DNA from: the human T2T-CHM13v2.0 reference genome, Homo sapiens | DNA length: 64,000 nt | Reading direction: 5' to 3' (one strand) | Assembly: GCF_009914755.1 (NCBI RefSeq) | Contig: NC_060928.1 | Part shown: positions 14,030 to 35,960 of the stretch, in pieces | How positions within the stretch are numbered: the first letter of the stretch is position 1 | Layout of the letters: every line of letters starts with the position of its first letter | Translations under genes and position numbers: made by a program | The notes under the pieces: model-generated | The model's database searches: none | The model's input: only the letters and a program-made list of their open reading frames with translations | Told to the model about the DNA's origin: nothing

Positions 14030-14440
14030 TGCATTAGTTCAAAAAATATGTATTGAACACCTAACTATGGCCTAACTACTGTACTAGACAACTTTCCTGC
14101 TTTTGTGGACCCTATATTGTAAAAGTTGGCTGCAATTAAATGAATGTATACTCTATATGAGGTGGTACAAAAATATACAAAGAAAAATAAAATGGGGAGG
14201 GTATTTGGCGCTATTTTACAATCTTGGTTACAAAAAACCTCTCTGAGCAGATATCTGAAGAAACTGAGGGAGAAAACCATAAGGATATGTGGGCAGGTAA
14301 AAGAAAGCAATGAAGGCCCTGCACGGAAGGGACATATTTGAGAGACTGCAAGGGGTCAAGTGTGGCTGCAGAGAAGGAATCTAGGGAAGATAAGGTCAGA
14401 GAGATAGAATGCCTTGAAAATTCTAGACTGGTGGCCCAGA
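14030..14440 (-). mobile_element. L2 fragment
   Basis: cattagttcaaaaaatatgtattgaacacctaactatg...ctctctgagcagatatctgaag...gtgtggctgcagag follows the antisense L2 pattern. Confidence 0.6.
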
Positions 14441-15616
14441 AAACGATCTTGAGATTATGGCAAAGATTGTAGTTGTTTTCCAGAAACAATTCTTCCCCTT
14501 TTTGGTAGTAGTAGATATTTTAGCTGAGCCTGTAGTGTCTGAGAGTGAAGATTACCTTGAAGCCATGTGGCCATGTGAGTAGGAGTATGGGGCTGAAAGC
14601 TCACTTAAGTTATTGATGGTCTGTTTCATTTACCCTTCTGTTCCTTGCTCTTTCCTCACACACATACACACACACAATGTAGGATCTCTGAGTCCAGATA
14701 TTGGAAGACTTTTTTTGAGCACAGCCACCTTACTAGTTTATATATGTATAAGAAAGAAACATATTTTATTTAAAGTCCAAAATATTTTGCTTTTTATATT
14801 ACTCTTTCTACTACTCACAGTTTAATGCTAATTAATGCAGGAAGTATGGTTGTAAGGCTTGTAGGGGCTAAGGCTATCTGAGGTTATGTGATTGCTCACA
14901 GAGAGCATATAGATTGAGATGGCATCTAGAGTGGAAACTTTACAAGTATGCAGAGCCGTGAATACATTTTCCTCATCTTCCTCCTTTTTTTGTTTTTTCT
15001 AAGTAGGTAAAATCTGATTCTCTAAGACCTAGCTCAAATATAACTGTCTTTGTGAAACTACTAGTAATAAAAGCTCATCCCGTTTCTCTTCAAAAAGCAG
15101 AATTACTTGCTTTGCCATGTTCTCCCTCTGCTCTACCTCTTACTATTTTGTCTCATGTTGTATTTATGTACATGTACCACTCCTTGAATACAGGGTGAAC
15201 TCCTGAAAAAGCCTGTTACCCTTAACATTTTGAACAAACAATCCAAGCTCAGTTTCAGACCCTCATTGTATCCATCCTGGATTGCTGGCTTAGGCTCCCA
15301 AGGGATCTTCATTTGCCTCATTTTCTTTTTCTTTTTTGTCCACAAGAAACTCTCTTACAAATTTTCATTCGTGAGTCATTTCCTCAAAAAACAAAAAACA
15401 AAAACAAAACAAACAAAGAAACAAAAAAACAGGGTAGATAAAATACTGTCATCTGGACCCCATATTTCTAGCGTAATGCTTTTGAGTTACAAGTCTATAA
15501 AATCATTGAAGAAAAGACCTATAGTTTACGTCTAGCAGATTAATTCATAATAAATTTTTGTTAAATTGAATTGGAAGTAGAAGTAATCTAGATTGATTGA
15601 AGCATAGGATGGAGAT

Positions 15617-15618
<2 letters not shown>

Positions 15619-15654
<36 letters not shown>
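15619..15654. repeat. (TG)18 microsatellite
   Basis: Perfect dinucleotide run. Confidence 0.98.
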
Positions 15655-15655
<1 letters not shown>

Positions 15656-18296
15656 CAAAAATACAGGGAAAAGAAGACATAAAATATGAAGATGCCAACA
15701 ACAGCTAAGGAAAAAACTGTTGAAACAGCTGATTCAGTAACTAAACTGGCTTGTCAAGGAATAACTGAAACACAAGGAGAAGGCAGCTGTTTCTACTGTA
15801 GTGTCCTCTGTTTTCTCCCCTTTTCCTTCTGTCTGTCTCTAATGAAGTAAAGCTACATAAATATGGCACATAGCAGTGTATGTCAAATAGTGCTCAATAA
15901 AATATCTCCAGTTAGAGCTTTTGGTGAACAAGTCTTGAAAGATATTTGCATCATTTTCTTTGATTAAAGAGTCAGTGATTTTATTGAACACATTAATTTA
16001 GATATGTGTACCTATTCTTTGATCAAGATCTTATTACTATATTTGTTTCTGTATCAGGAGTACTTTTTCAGTTCAGAAACAACCCTTTTTCATTTTCAAT
16101 TTAGGGAACATTACTTTTAGTTTGAGGTTTATATGACTTTGGATGAAGACAGTGCTGTCACAAATGAGACTCTAACTGTAGCCCATTGATTTGGATCTTT
16201 AGTCTATTGTATTGATTATACTTTCCAGTCTCCTTGATGTCTCAGCACATTTTGGTAAAGTATTGACATAATTTAACTCCATGGATTCCAGGATACACAT
16301 GACCTTTTCAGAAAGTATACATTATTGTAAGAATTTACAAGAACTGAATAATTCTGCAGAAATTATGAATGTTATAGTCAATGGCAAAACAGCTATTAGT
16401 ATTAAGTCTTTAAATAATTATACTTTGATTTATTGTTTGATTATATGTTCAACTTTGTTTTAAATAGCATAGTGCAGTAGCTCCTTGTCTTCAGTTCAAA
16501 ATGCAAAGTTACTCTAATTTTTTTGAGGTACAAAAACTCTTCTATAAATATATAAAATTAGGCCTAGAAAAGACTAATTTTCATGATGGGAAATACACAC
16601 TAGATTTTTAAATTTTAGTACTTTACATAAAAATATTGGTGTGGTACTATTTAATTACATCATAATTTAGTAGTTAAAAGAATTCTTCTCAATATCTGGT
16701 TATTGCTCGATTTATTAGCACATGAGCGTTTCTGAGATTGGCATTCAGAGAGATTTCCCATAATAAATGTTACTAGTTATCCAACAAGAAAAGAACATTA
16801 ATGATTTCACCTAACATGCTCTCAACTGTATGATATTATATGAAGAGTTAATTCTCATATTTAGTCTAGAAAGATTTTTAACATGAGTTACTGAGTTAAT
16901 ATCTTTAAAATTTTATTAAGTCTTTCTCTTTCTGATACAGAAGATCCATAATTCAGGTTATTAATCTCTGGTTACCTGTCCTTTGTGGAAAGATTAATTA
17001 TTTTCTATTATTCATTGCATTTCCACCAAATTTTGGAGATATTTATCATAAAGTTGTGGATCTGAGCTAAGTTTAAAGACATCAAATAGTAAGTTTTAAT
17101 TTTTCCAGCTATTACTATTAATTCTAAGTTTTTTTTCTCTGATATGTCTTCTTTGATGTTTCTTAAAAATCAAGATTTATAAAGAGATAGAGAAGGCCAT
17201 TAGTATATCTCTCAATGTCACAAAATTAACCTAGCCACTGTAAAGTTAACCTGTATCCACAATATAAGTGACAAATGGCAGATAATATCTTTAGGAAAAG
17301 TATTAAATAGTGCACACTACTTCCATCAAAGTATAGTGTTCGAGGCAAGTTTAGGTAATGGTGCATTTCTAATAAACAGTCTTTAAAAGATATTAGCATT
17401 TCTGTTATTTATGAGAGGCTTTCAGTGTATTTTTCACATATGTATTATTAGGGCAGTGTAGAAATATTATTGTGATGTATTAATGGGCTGACCTGAGGTA
17501 AACAATAACTACATCCATGCGTGCATCATACATGCATACAAACTTACTCATTTTCTTTTTAAGCAGACTAGTAGTTAAGTTCCAAGAGAGAAAGGATTCT
17601 ATATCATGAAATGCCCTGTACGTTTTTGATTCTCTATCTGGAATGCCAACTTGAAATATTACTTTCAATAACACATTACATTTTGTATTTTTTAGAGCAT
17701 AATGTGCAAAGTAGGTGATATTATATTTTAAATTAAACAAAATTAGAGAGGATCTAGAGAAACCAATGAAGTAATTAGTGTGTTTTGTTTCAGTGGTACA
17801 GAATCAGACTCTTTATAGCTGAACTCATAATGTGTACATTTATTAAACAAATTGCCAATTTAGTAATTTATAAAGGAATATTAATTTGATAAAATATTTT
17901 TTAAAACAATTAAATTATTTTTTCCTTATTTAATTCATCTGGAAAACATTTAGGGAGTCAATACTAATTGTCAGTCACTTTGCATAGGGCCACTTTGTGA
18001 CAGGGATGAAGTGGCGTGGTCAGAGGGTGACCTGCATGAACCTAAGCCTACAACCAATAAAGGGAGTTAATGTTTTGAATAGGTAGGTCCATGTTTTGGA
18101 CATGAATGCATTATCCAGTGTGGAGCGCAGTGCCTAGCCCATGAGAAGTTCCCTATGGCTTTGTCTCTGGTATCAAAGATTTATGTAAAATTAGAGTACA
18201 ATAAATCTTTATGTATGCATCACCTATCTCAACAGTTAACAATTCATAGCCAATAATATTTCTTCTGAACTCTCACCTTCTTTGGGGGGTAGGCGT

Positions 18297-18581
<285 letters not shown>

Positions 18582-19272
18582 CTCTCACCTATTCTTCCTG
18601 CTAGGACTTTGTCATATTTTTTGAGTGGGCTTTGGAAACAAATCCTGGCATTGTACCATTTATCTGTAAATATTTTACTGTGAATCTCTAAACAAAAATC
18701 ACAATACTATTATCACACAAAAATAGTCATAATTTTTAATATCATCAAATATTCCATCAGGATTCATATTTCTCAAATATTCTTTTAAGAGTAAGTTTGA
18801 CTCAGAGTCCATTTAAATTAGTTTATATGTCTCTTAATTCTCTTTCAGTAGATTGTCCTGTGTCTCCTGATTCTTGACCTTTTGAGTAAACAGAGCTAGC
18901 ATGCTACAGCATAAGTTCATACTGATCCATTCAATTCAAATTTAGAATTACAGGACTTACACATAATCTTATTGAACTTGCATTTGCATGTCCTTTCTCT
19001 CATGCTGGTAATCCTGGTTGTTAGTAACACTATACCATTTGCTTTATCCCACACTTTGTAATAATGCAGTTTCACTATACATCATCAACACCACAATAAG
19101 CAATATATATTTCTTCCTGGCAATGGGTTTGCACACAATGAACAGTATAATTACCAAATATAGTTTGTAAATTTTGTTTGCTGTTGTACTTTTTTTGAAA
19201 TTGAAAATCACATATTAATTCAACAGGATAATTAGCAGCAATCAAAAATTTTTAAAAAGTCAAAATATTAAG

Positions 19273-19606
<334 letters not shown>

Positions 19607-21237
19607 TTAAATATACATATTAATTGAATTCATGGTTGTAAGGATGAGATCCATGGAAGTTTCCTGGGAGGAAGGGCTTTCTTGATTTCTTTCTTTTTTT
19701 TTTTTTTTAACACACAGATGTTCTGACCATGGAACTGGAGCATAGGCAATTCTTGAGATAGTTCTTTATCTTTATCTCTAGGTCTTTTCTGGACTCTCTG
19801 GAATTCTCTTTTTATGTTTGCCCTCTTTGCTCTTTACCAGTAGGCATGCCTAGTCATAGTTTCTATCCTTTTGTAATCTTGTCTCATACAAAGAACATCA
19901 TGTCCACTCTCTACACATTACTATATCATGGATTTTCTTCTTCACCTTCCACTATTCAAGACTTTCCTCTCTCAATACTACCTGATTCTCATCTTCTGGT
20001 TCTTGGCTTTTTCATGTGATGAATATCCCTTTGATCACATGCCAACCAGCCATCCCATCTGTTTTTTGGTGGAATATCACCTGGAATTATTCCTTACATA
20101 GTTTTTCTGATTATTTTATGAGTAGCTCTGTGTATGTCAGTCATTCTCAAGAAATATCTGGCAAGTTTATTATACTTTCAGGAAATGTTTTGAATAATAA
20201 ATGTGTCTTACTTTTTGAGTGGGCTTGGATAGCATTTATTCTTAGTCTCTGTTATTACATAAAATATATGGGAATAAATGTATATAATTTTCCTATGTGG
20301 ATATTTGGTAAAAATATAATGATAGTATTTTTCCATGGGTGGATGAATTTTAAAGAAATAATTTCTTAGCTTGCATGAAGTATTTTTTTTTTATTTCTGC
20401 ATTTCCCTTCTATTTTCTCCCTAGGATGTCAGAAGAGATAACTAAAATTTTTATGATAACCATGTGGTCAGATCCATAACTTACACTGAAGTCTGTTCTT
20501 GTTCAACAGAAGCTAATATTAAATTCAATGTTCTCAAATATTTACTCACAGTAATATGCTCCATTTGGTCTATTCTGTGATTTTTTGGCTCCCACTTAAT
20601 AATAGTTATATGCCCTTTAGCAAATATAACAGCAGGAAGACCATAATGTTCAAAACAACAGACTTGTTAAATGTGTAGCATATTTTTTCTTTCTTATTTG
20701 CCTTTACCAGCTGAATATTGTTTCTGTAATTCTTGGCAGAATTATGCATTTTTCTACTACTTAAAAGCATACATTTTAGTTGTTTCTCTTCTTCTAAAAA
20801 CATATAAGAGATATGTTTTATGATAAATATTTTATCATGTTTTTCTATACTTTTATATTTCTTTGAGGGAGCTTATTTTAGCTCCTCTGTTGTCTCCTGG
20901 ATTCATAATTGCCATACAATTTTATGGATCAAACATTTATAATTAACACATTTTAGTTTGGTAGCAATTTCATTTACTTTAATCAGTCTTTTATACTGGA
21001 AAAAATAACTATAAAGTTCACAAAATATTTCTCTGCATTACTATAAAGTTTACAAAAATTTCCCTGTAAATCAGTTTCTATATTTTCAGAACTAACAATG
21101 ATTTTATTCTATATAAGTTGCCAACATAATACAAATATGGAATTGCCTAATTCTTGAAATGAAAAGGAAGCATGAACAGTTACTATTGATGAGGAGACAT
21201 CTCAATCCTGCTATGGTAGGAAAACACAGAATCCTTC

Positions 21238-21670
21238 TGTGGTAGATTTCTTTAGTTATTCCCAACAGTCCTTATCTTTTCTTGTAAGGGTTTTCACACT
21301 CATCATGAAGTGACTTCCATGTGTTCTGTAGGCAGAGCTTTTATCCCTGTTCTTTTGATTTTTGGCTTTGGCTCTGTAACCCAGTTTGGACAATGGAATG
21401 TGAATGGATATGATTTATGTTACAGCTCAGCAGAGGAGTTAATGGGCATTGCTAGGTTGTTTCAGTACTTTTGTTCTTTCCCTCTGCTTTGACCATGGAC
21501 TACCCAAAGGGGATTGCTCCTTCAGCCTCGGCGATGAAACAAGGCAACATGTAGATCAGAGATCCAGCAGATGACTTCCGTTTCTAACACATAATATCAG
21601 ATAAATATTTGTTTTTGTAAGCTATTGAGATGTTGGGGTGGTTTTTCACTTCAGGAAAGCTAAGTAATAT
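21238..21670 (+). mobile_element. MaLR LTR (MLT1-family)
   Basis: tgtggtaga...ggctttggctctgtaacccagtttggacaatggaatgtga...ttgctccttcagcct...ataaatatttgtttttgtaagctattgagatgttgggg. Confidence 0.65.
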
Positions 21671-21920
21671 AATTCTCATTTTTGCAATTTGCAGGAATTT
21701 TTGAGCAATTCTTGTTATCTTTGTCTCCAGAATTATAGTTCCAGATTTTAAGATTTTTCAAGCTCTTTACATCTCACTTTACTATATGTTTTCCACAAAG
21801 TAGTCGTTTTCATAAATGTTTTGAGAGTTAATGATTTAATGAATAAATAGAAGATTGACTATCAATTAGACAAACCCTTCAAATACATTAACAAGGTCCC
21901 AGGTCCAAATTAATCTGTAG

Positions 21921-22236
<316 letters not shown>

Positions 22237-22671
22237 AGTCAGTAGCTTTTGAATTTTTGATTACTGAACCCTTACTTCTAAACTATATGATACTTATTGT
22301 GGTTTCTTAAAATTGATACTAGTCTATTTAACCATGTAGACCGTGTGCTCAATCAATACCTGCTAACAAGTCTATTTAATTTGGGGATATAAGACTTTAA
22401 ATATCCAAGTTAGTTCTGCTGCAGAGTTAAGTCTACACTTATAAAGAAAGACTGGGAAAAAATTGTCTCAGTTATTGAATGTTTTATTAAATAACATTTG
22501 ATAGACACATAATACACAAATTGACAATATTCAAGGAACTATCATGAAATAAAACTCATGCTTTACTGGATTAATATTTTAAGTAAACCAGAAAATATAA
22601 TTGAGAAATACAGGAACCAAATCTCAAATCATACAAAACCCAAATGTGTTATTTCTTTTAAAAAAATGTTT

Positions 22672-23930
<1,259 letters not shown>

Positions 23931-25911
23931 TCTTGTCCTTGTGTAACAGAGTTAATAATTTTCATTCTTGACAATCTCTAGTAGCAAGTAATTTGGAGTC
24001 TCATAAATCAAAATACAATCACACATTATGCAATATCTTTTGTACCTAAAGAAGAAACCTATTCTACCTGTGACCATCACCGTAACAATTTCTACCCTAG
24101 GACCTAGGGCTGAGCTTTCTGATCCCAAGACTTTATAAAAAGAAGAATGACACAGGGGGCATAATAAGATCAGAACAGACTTTACACATATTCAGAATTC
24201 TAGAATGTAAGGGCTAAATTTTACTTTTACCTCAAAGATGTACTGACTTATTTGTATCTACAAAGTTTCCTACTATAAATAAAAATGTTTTGTAAAAATA
24301 GATAAATTCATTTAAAATTACCTTTGACACACTTCTAAAAGGATCTGTGTATTTGTATGGCTTTTGATCAATTGAGTCATTGATTAAAAGTGTAATCATG
24401 CCTCTTTATATGCAAAGACTTTGGTGTTTATACAAAACAAGCTTGAACTTCTTTTCTTGTCACACTGCTCCTACTTGGAAGGAGGATAACCAGCTTGTAC
24501 TAGAGGTTTATTCTTCTAATCTTCTAAAATGCACAGTATATACAAGTTTAACCATACATAGGATAATCTCATTCTACTGTATGTCAACAGAACAACCTGA
24601 TTTGACTCCCTTTTCCAGTTACCCATATCCTGTGAAACAAAATTAGAGGTAGCTCCAAGATCTAGGTACATTGTGATTTAGTTTGTTTTACCTTTCTTAA
24701 TAATACATTTTATATATATTGATTTTCTTCATATACCCTATTACCTATTTTCTTATTTTCTCAATTCTATTGTTCTTTCTTTTTTTGAAAAAAAAGCCCT
24801 CATTTTTAGCTCATTAATATTTGAATTCTCTAAATAGATATGCTATGGTATAAACAGAATAAAGTAATCACATAAAAACTTACAGAAGTTACCTCTGATA
24901 TGGCTAATAACATTTGAAAACTACTTAAATTCATTTAATTGGTGATTCATCATAAACTGATGGAATATAATAATACAAGATGAAGACGGTAGTTTATTAT
25001 GTCTTCTGTGTAGCGGGTGCACATGAATAATAATATCTAAATTTGGACCATTAAACTCTGAGTAAGAGACAAACCACCACAATCATGACTGTGAAGTGCA
25101 ACGCTAAAGTCATCTGTCAGTATGCAGTCATGGAGTGCTGAATCTGCTTTCAGAAAATCTTTCTGTTATTAGAGTTCTAGTATCTTAATGAAGCAGCCTA
25201 CATCAGGATGTGGATCCTCAGGTAAAATAAGAATAATTATATTCAAGCTTGAAAAAAACAATTGGGAAATGTATTGGTTTGTGTTTTTGACCTGCAGGCA
25301 GAAACACTGAAATCATTTCTACTTCCACTTTAAGACTTCTACTATTTGCTATTTGGAACTTTATATTAATTCATGTTTAAACATACTTTTTTTTTTTTGC
25401 AAATAGGAAACTATATATTATAGGCCACATTTCTCCCGGTGCCAACAATATTTAGCTCAGTTACAGATGATACAGGATATGCAATTATAGGCACATCTCA
25501 TGTTATTGTGCTTTTCTTTGTTGCACTTTGCAGATATTGCACGTTTTTACATACTGAAGGTTTGTATCAACCCCGCCTCGAGCAAGTCTGTTAGCACCAT
25601 TTTCCAACAGCATGTGATCACTTCATGTCTCTGTGTCACATTTTGGTAATTCTCCCAATATTTAAAACTCTTTCATTATTATTATATCTCTTATGGTGAT
25701 TTGTGATCAGCAATCTTTGATGCTACTGTTTTAATTGTTTTGGGACACTGTCAAATATGTCTATAGAAGACAGCAAACTTAATACATAAATGTTCTGTGG
25801 GTTTTGACTGCTCCACGGACTTGCCTTTCCTTTAAATCTCTTTATATCCCTGAGTTTCATTATTTCCTGAGACACAACAATGTTGACATTATGTCAGTTA
25901 ATGACCCTACA

Positions 25912-27560
<1,649 letters not shown>

Positions 27561-27763
27561 CGAAACATTGTTAAAATGACCAGAAGTAAATTAGAACATT
27601 ACATAAACTTAGTTGATAAAGCAGCAGCAAAATTTGAGAGGATCGGTTCCAATTTTGAAAGAAGCTCTACTGTGGGTAAAATGTTATCAAACAGCATTAC
27701 ACACTACAGAGAAATTTTTCATGAAAGGAAGTGTCAACTGATGTGGGATACTTCACTGTTGTC

Positions 27764-29004
27764 TTTTTTTTTTTTTTTTAAGACAACTAAAGCCACTTAA
27801 ACTCCCTTTAAGCACAACTTTTAGCATTTCAACTACAATGCTTTTCATGGGGAAAGTTCCACATCACCCTCTGGTTACATTTTTCTCACTTCAATGATAG
27901 AAACAACTTTAGTAAAAGAATCCCTTTTACTTTAGGCTTAACACCTTTACATTTGTGTTTAAAAGTGAAACAAATAGCTGATAAAAGAAAGACTTATTTC
28001 AACAAATAACAAATACAGTAGCCTAAATGACTTAATACTGGTACAAAACCAAAGGGATTACTCAAAAGTCTAGAAAGAGACCTATGTACTAATATAGAAT
28101 TTAGTATTTGACAAAATATTGCATTATACCTCATTGGGGAAAATTAGTCTATTCAAAGTTAGATCCCTACTTTACAGGTAAAATCAGAATAAATTCCAAA
28201 CAAATTATAAATTACAATTATATATATTAAAAAGATGGATTAATGTTTTTATAATCTGAAGGAGAGAAAGAACTTTCTAGATAAACTTAACTATGTGGAA
28301 AACATAAAACTTTAGATCAGCAGAAAAGTCCAAACCAAACTTAAGGGAAGAGAAAAATAAAACACAAAAATTCCGATAAATAAGTATAAGATAAACATTA
28401 TGACAATAGGTCAAAGACCCAACAGGAAATACAGTCGTGTGTCCCTTAATGACAGAGATACGTTCTAAGAAATGTATTGTTAGGTGATTGCATCATTGTA
28501 CAAGCAACCTAAGAGTGTACACAAGCCTAGATGGAATAGCCTACTAGACACCTAGGCTATATGGCATAGCCTATTGCTCTTAGGCTATGAACCTTTGAGC
28601 ATGTGATAGTGTAGACAACTGTAACACAATGGGAAGTATTCGTGTATCTAAACATATCTAAACACAGGAAAGGTACAGTAAAAAATATGGTTTTATAATC
28701 TAATAGGACCACTGTCACATATGTGGTCTATCATTGAATTAAAGGTTGTTATGTGGCACATGATTGTACATAAACCAGGAAATTTCAAAGGTCAATAAAA
28801 ATATGAAATGACAAGCATCACCACTATCAGAATTATGCAAATTAAGCAACCAGAGTTATGCAAATTAAAGAAAAAAATTATTCAAATTAAACTAAGAGAT
28901 GAAGTTTTTCCATTAATGGGCAAACATAAAAATAATAATTGTATTTGATGTTGTGAAGAAAAAGGCACTATCAAATATTTTTACAAAGTAAACGTTTAGG
29001 GTAG
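27764..29004 (-). other. Apparent L1 3'-transduced segment with distal poly(A) (T16 at 27764-27779)
   Basis: Non-Tigger1, non-L1PA sequence lying between the L1 3' end and a T-run, enclosed by the TSD in Tigger1. Confidence 0.85.
28432..28766 (+). mobile_element. Tigger3a (MER7/Golem-type MITE) inside the transduced segment
   Basis: TA|cagtcgtgtg...cacatgattg|TA inverted termini; internal aagcctagatggaatagcctactagacacctaggctatatgg; ~335 bp. Confidence 0.88.
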
Positions 29005-29217
29005 TTTTTTATTACTATACTTTAAGTTCTAGGGTACATGTGCACAATGTGCAGGTTTGTTACATATGTATACATGTGCCATGTTGGTGTGCTGCACCCA
29101 TTAACTCATCATTTACATTAGGTATATCTCCTAATACTATCCCTCCCCCCCTTCCCCCACCCAGGACAGGCCCCAGTGTGTGATGTTCCCCTTCCTGTGT
29201 CCAAGTGTCCTCATTGT

Positions 29218-33038
<3,821 letters not shown>

Positions 33039-33101
33039 TATGATATTAGCTGGTTATTTTGCTCCTTAGTTGATGCAGTTTCTTCCCAGCATGAATGTTC
33101 T

Positions 33102-34114
33102 TTACAATTTGCCATGTTTTTGCAGTGGCTGGTACTGGTTGTTCCTTTCCATGTTTAGTGCTTCCTTCAGGAGCTCTTATAGGACAGGCCTAGTGGTGAC
33201 AAAATCTCTCAGCATTTGCTTGTCTATAAAGGATTTTATTTCTCCTTCACTGATGAAGCTTATTTTGGCTGGTTATGAAATTCTGAGTTGAAAATTCTTT
33301 TCTTTAAGAATGTTGAATATTGGCCCCCACTCTCTTCTGGATTATAGAGCTTCTGCCATGAGATCTGCCGTTACTCTGATGGGCTTCCCTTTGTGGGTAA
33401 CCTGACCTTTCTCTATGGCTGCCGTTAACATTTTTTCCTTCATTTCAACTTTGGTGAATCTGACAATTATGTGTCTTGGGGTTGCTCTTCTCGAGGAGTA
33501 TCTTTGTGGCATTCTCTGGGTTTCCTGAATCTGAATGTTGGCCTGCCTTGCTAGATTGGGGAAGTTCTCCTGGATAATATCCTGCAGAGTGTTTTCCAAC
33601 TTGGTTCCATTCTCCCCGTCACTTTCAGGTACACCAATCAGACCTAGATTTGGTCTTTTCACATAGTCCCATATTTCTTCGAGGCTTTGTTCATTTATTT
33701 TTACTCTTTTTTCTGTAAACTTTTCTCACTTCATTTCATTTATTTGATCTTCAATCACTGATACCCTTTCTTCCCATTGATCAAATCGGCTACTAAAGCT
33801 TGTGCATTCATCAGGTAGTTCTCGTGCCATGGTTTTCAGCTCCATCAGGTCATTTAAGGACTTCTCTACACTGATTATTCTAGTTAGCCATTTGTCTAAT
33901 CTTTTTTCAAGGTTTTTAGCTTCTTTGTGATGGGTTCAAGCTTCCTCCTTTGCTCGGAGAAGTTTGATTGTCTGAAGCCTTCTTCTCTCAACTCGTCAAA
34001 GTCATTCTCTGTCCAGCTTTGCTCCATTGCTGGTGAGGATCTGAGTTTCTTTGGAGGGTGACTGGCACTCTGATTTTTAGAACTTTCAGCTTTTCTGCTC
34101 TGTTTTATCCCCAT
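33102..34114 (-). pseudogene. L1 ORF1, disrupted
   Basis: Pieces MEQSWTENDFDELREEGFR and KRPNLGLIGVPESDGENGTKLENTLQDIIQENFPNLARQANIQIQE; frameshifted. Confidence 0.93.
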
Positions 34115-35869
34115 CTTCATGGTTTTATCTACCTTTGGTCTTTGATGATGGTGATGTACAGATGGGGTTTTGGTGTAGATGTCCTTTCTGTTTCTTAGTT
34201 TTCCTTCTAACAGTCAGGACCTTCAGCTGCAACTGAAGGTTCCAACTCTGTTGGAGTTTGCTGGAGGCCCATTCCAGATCCTGTTTGCCTGGGTGTCAGC
34301 AGTGGAGGCTGCCGAACAGTGGATATTGCTGAACAGCAAATGTTGCTGCCTAGTCGTTCCTCTGGAAGCTTTGTCTCAGAGGTGTACCCAGCTGTGTTCG
34401 GTGTCAGTCTGCCTCTACTGGGGGGTTCCTCCCAGTTAGGCCATGCTGGGAGAACCACTACTCTCTTCACAGCTGTCAGACAGGGACATTTATGGGATAA
34501 GGAAACCTGCAGAGGTTTCTGCTGCCTTTTGTTCGGCTATGGCCTGCCCCCATGGGTAGAGTCTACAGAGGCAGGCAGGCCTCCTTCAGCTGCAGTGAGT
34601 TCCACCCAGTTTGAGTTTCCTGGCTGCTTTGTTTACCTACTCAAGCCTCAGCAATGGCGGGCACCTGGCCCTCAGCCTCGCTGCTGTCTTGCAGTTCGAT
34701 CTCAGACTACTGTGCTAGCAATGAGTGAGGCTCCATGGGCATGGGACCCTCTGAGCCAGGCATGGGATATAATCTCCTGGTGTGCCATTTGCTAAGACCA
34801 TTGGAAAAGTGCAGTATTAGGGTGAGAGTGACCTGATTTTCCAGGTGCCATCTGCCACAGCTTCCCTTGGCTAGGAAAGGGAATTCCCTGACCCATTGCG
34901 CTTCTTGGGTGAGGCGATCCCTCACCCTCCTTTGGCTCACACTTGGTGGACTGCACCCACTGTCCTGCACCCACTGTCTGACAAGCCCCAGTGAGATGAA
35001 CCTGGTACCTCAGTTAGAAATGCAGAAATCACCCGTCTTCTGCGTCGCTCATGCTGGGAGCTGTAGACTGGAGCTCTTCCTATTTGGCCATCTTGGAATT
35101 GCTCCCTTGTCTTATTTTAAGAATGGCCCACAGCCACCCAAACTAGCAGCAACCACAGCCCTGATTAAGTTAGCATCCATCAATATCGAGGCAGGACTGT
35201 CCACCAGAAAAAAGATTCTGACTCCCTGAAGACTCAGATGATCATTATCATTTTTTTTTTTTAGCAATAAAGGATTTTTAAATTAAGATATCTACATTTT
35301 TAACATAATGATATTACACATTCGGTATTATCAGTGTAGCATAAACATAACTTTTACATTCACTGGAAAACGAAAAAAATTGTGTGATTCAGTTTATTGC
35401 AACATTCACTTCATTGCAGTCATCAGCTACCAAACCTGCAATATTGATGTATGCCTGTATTGTGCATTAAGTTCAAAGGCCAAAAAGATGGTAATTATAT
35501 GATAAAGGTATTGAGCATTTTAAAGACATTTTCTTAATATGAAGTATCACAATCATTCATTCTTCAAGCTTTCCTAACCATTTTTTCTTCATGTTATCTC
35601 ACTTTTTTTTTTCAAAAAGGAGATCAGAAGGTGAGAGTTAACAAATTAAAACAATATGATAACAAATATGAGATGCTGCTTGTAACTAGGGAAACAGTAC
35701 TCCTTTAAAGCCTCAACTTTGGGGCAAATTTTTTGAATTTATGCTTCTTAATAAATTTAACTGGAGTTATTCTAAGATGTAAATACTAGTGAAACTTTAA
35801 GAGTTTAGGATAAATAGTTCAATCATATTTTTTAGGACAAACTATAGCCACTTTTGTGCTATAGTTTCA

Positions 35870-35960
35870 AAGTTGAGTAATTACAACAGAAAACATTTGG
35901 CTTGCAAAGCCTGAAATATTTACTATGTTGCTCCGTATAGAATAAATTTGCTAATCCCCA
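35870..35960 (+). mobile_element. MER58-like hAT fragment
   Basis: gagtaattacaacagaaaac...tggcttgcaaagcctgaaatatttactat...tttgctaatcccc. Confidence 0.6.

Noticed and set aside
20016-20369. 117-aa hydrophobic ORF
   Set aside because: Composition reflects T-rich DNA, non-ATG start, no recognisable homology.
21009-21058. Short direct repeat actataaagtt(c/t)acaaaa
   Set aside because: A single ~18-bp local duplication in AT-rich DNA; commonplace.
25160-25227. Possible small plus-strand exon (ttattag/...cctcag/gtaaaa)
   Set aside because: Weak splice signals of a kind common by chance; no partner exons identified.
28832-28868. Two ATGCAAAT octamer motifs
   Set aside because: Derived from the L1 ORF2 phrase gaaatgcaaattaaa within an old L1M fragment, plus a small duplication.
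34654-34728. L1 antisense ORF0 (MAG...), also starting at 57846
   Set aside because: The first copy stops after 24 codons (CGA>TGA) and the second is frameshifted and stops early; neither is intact.
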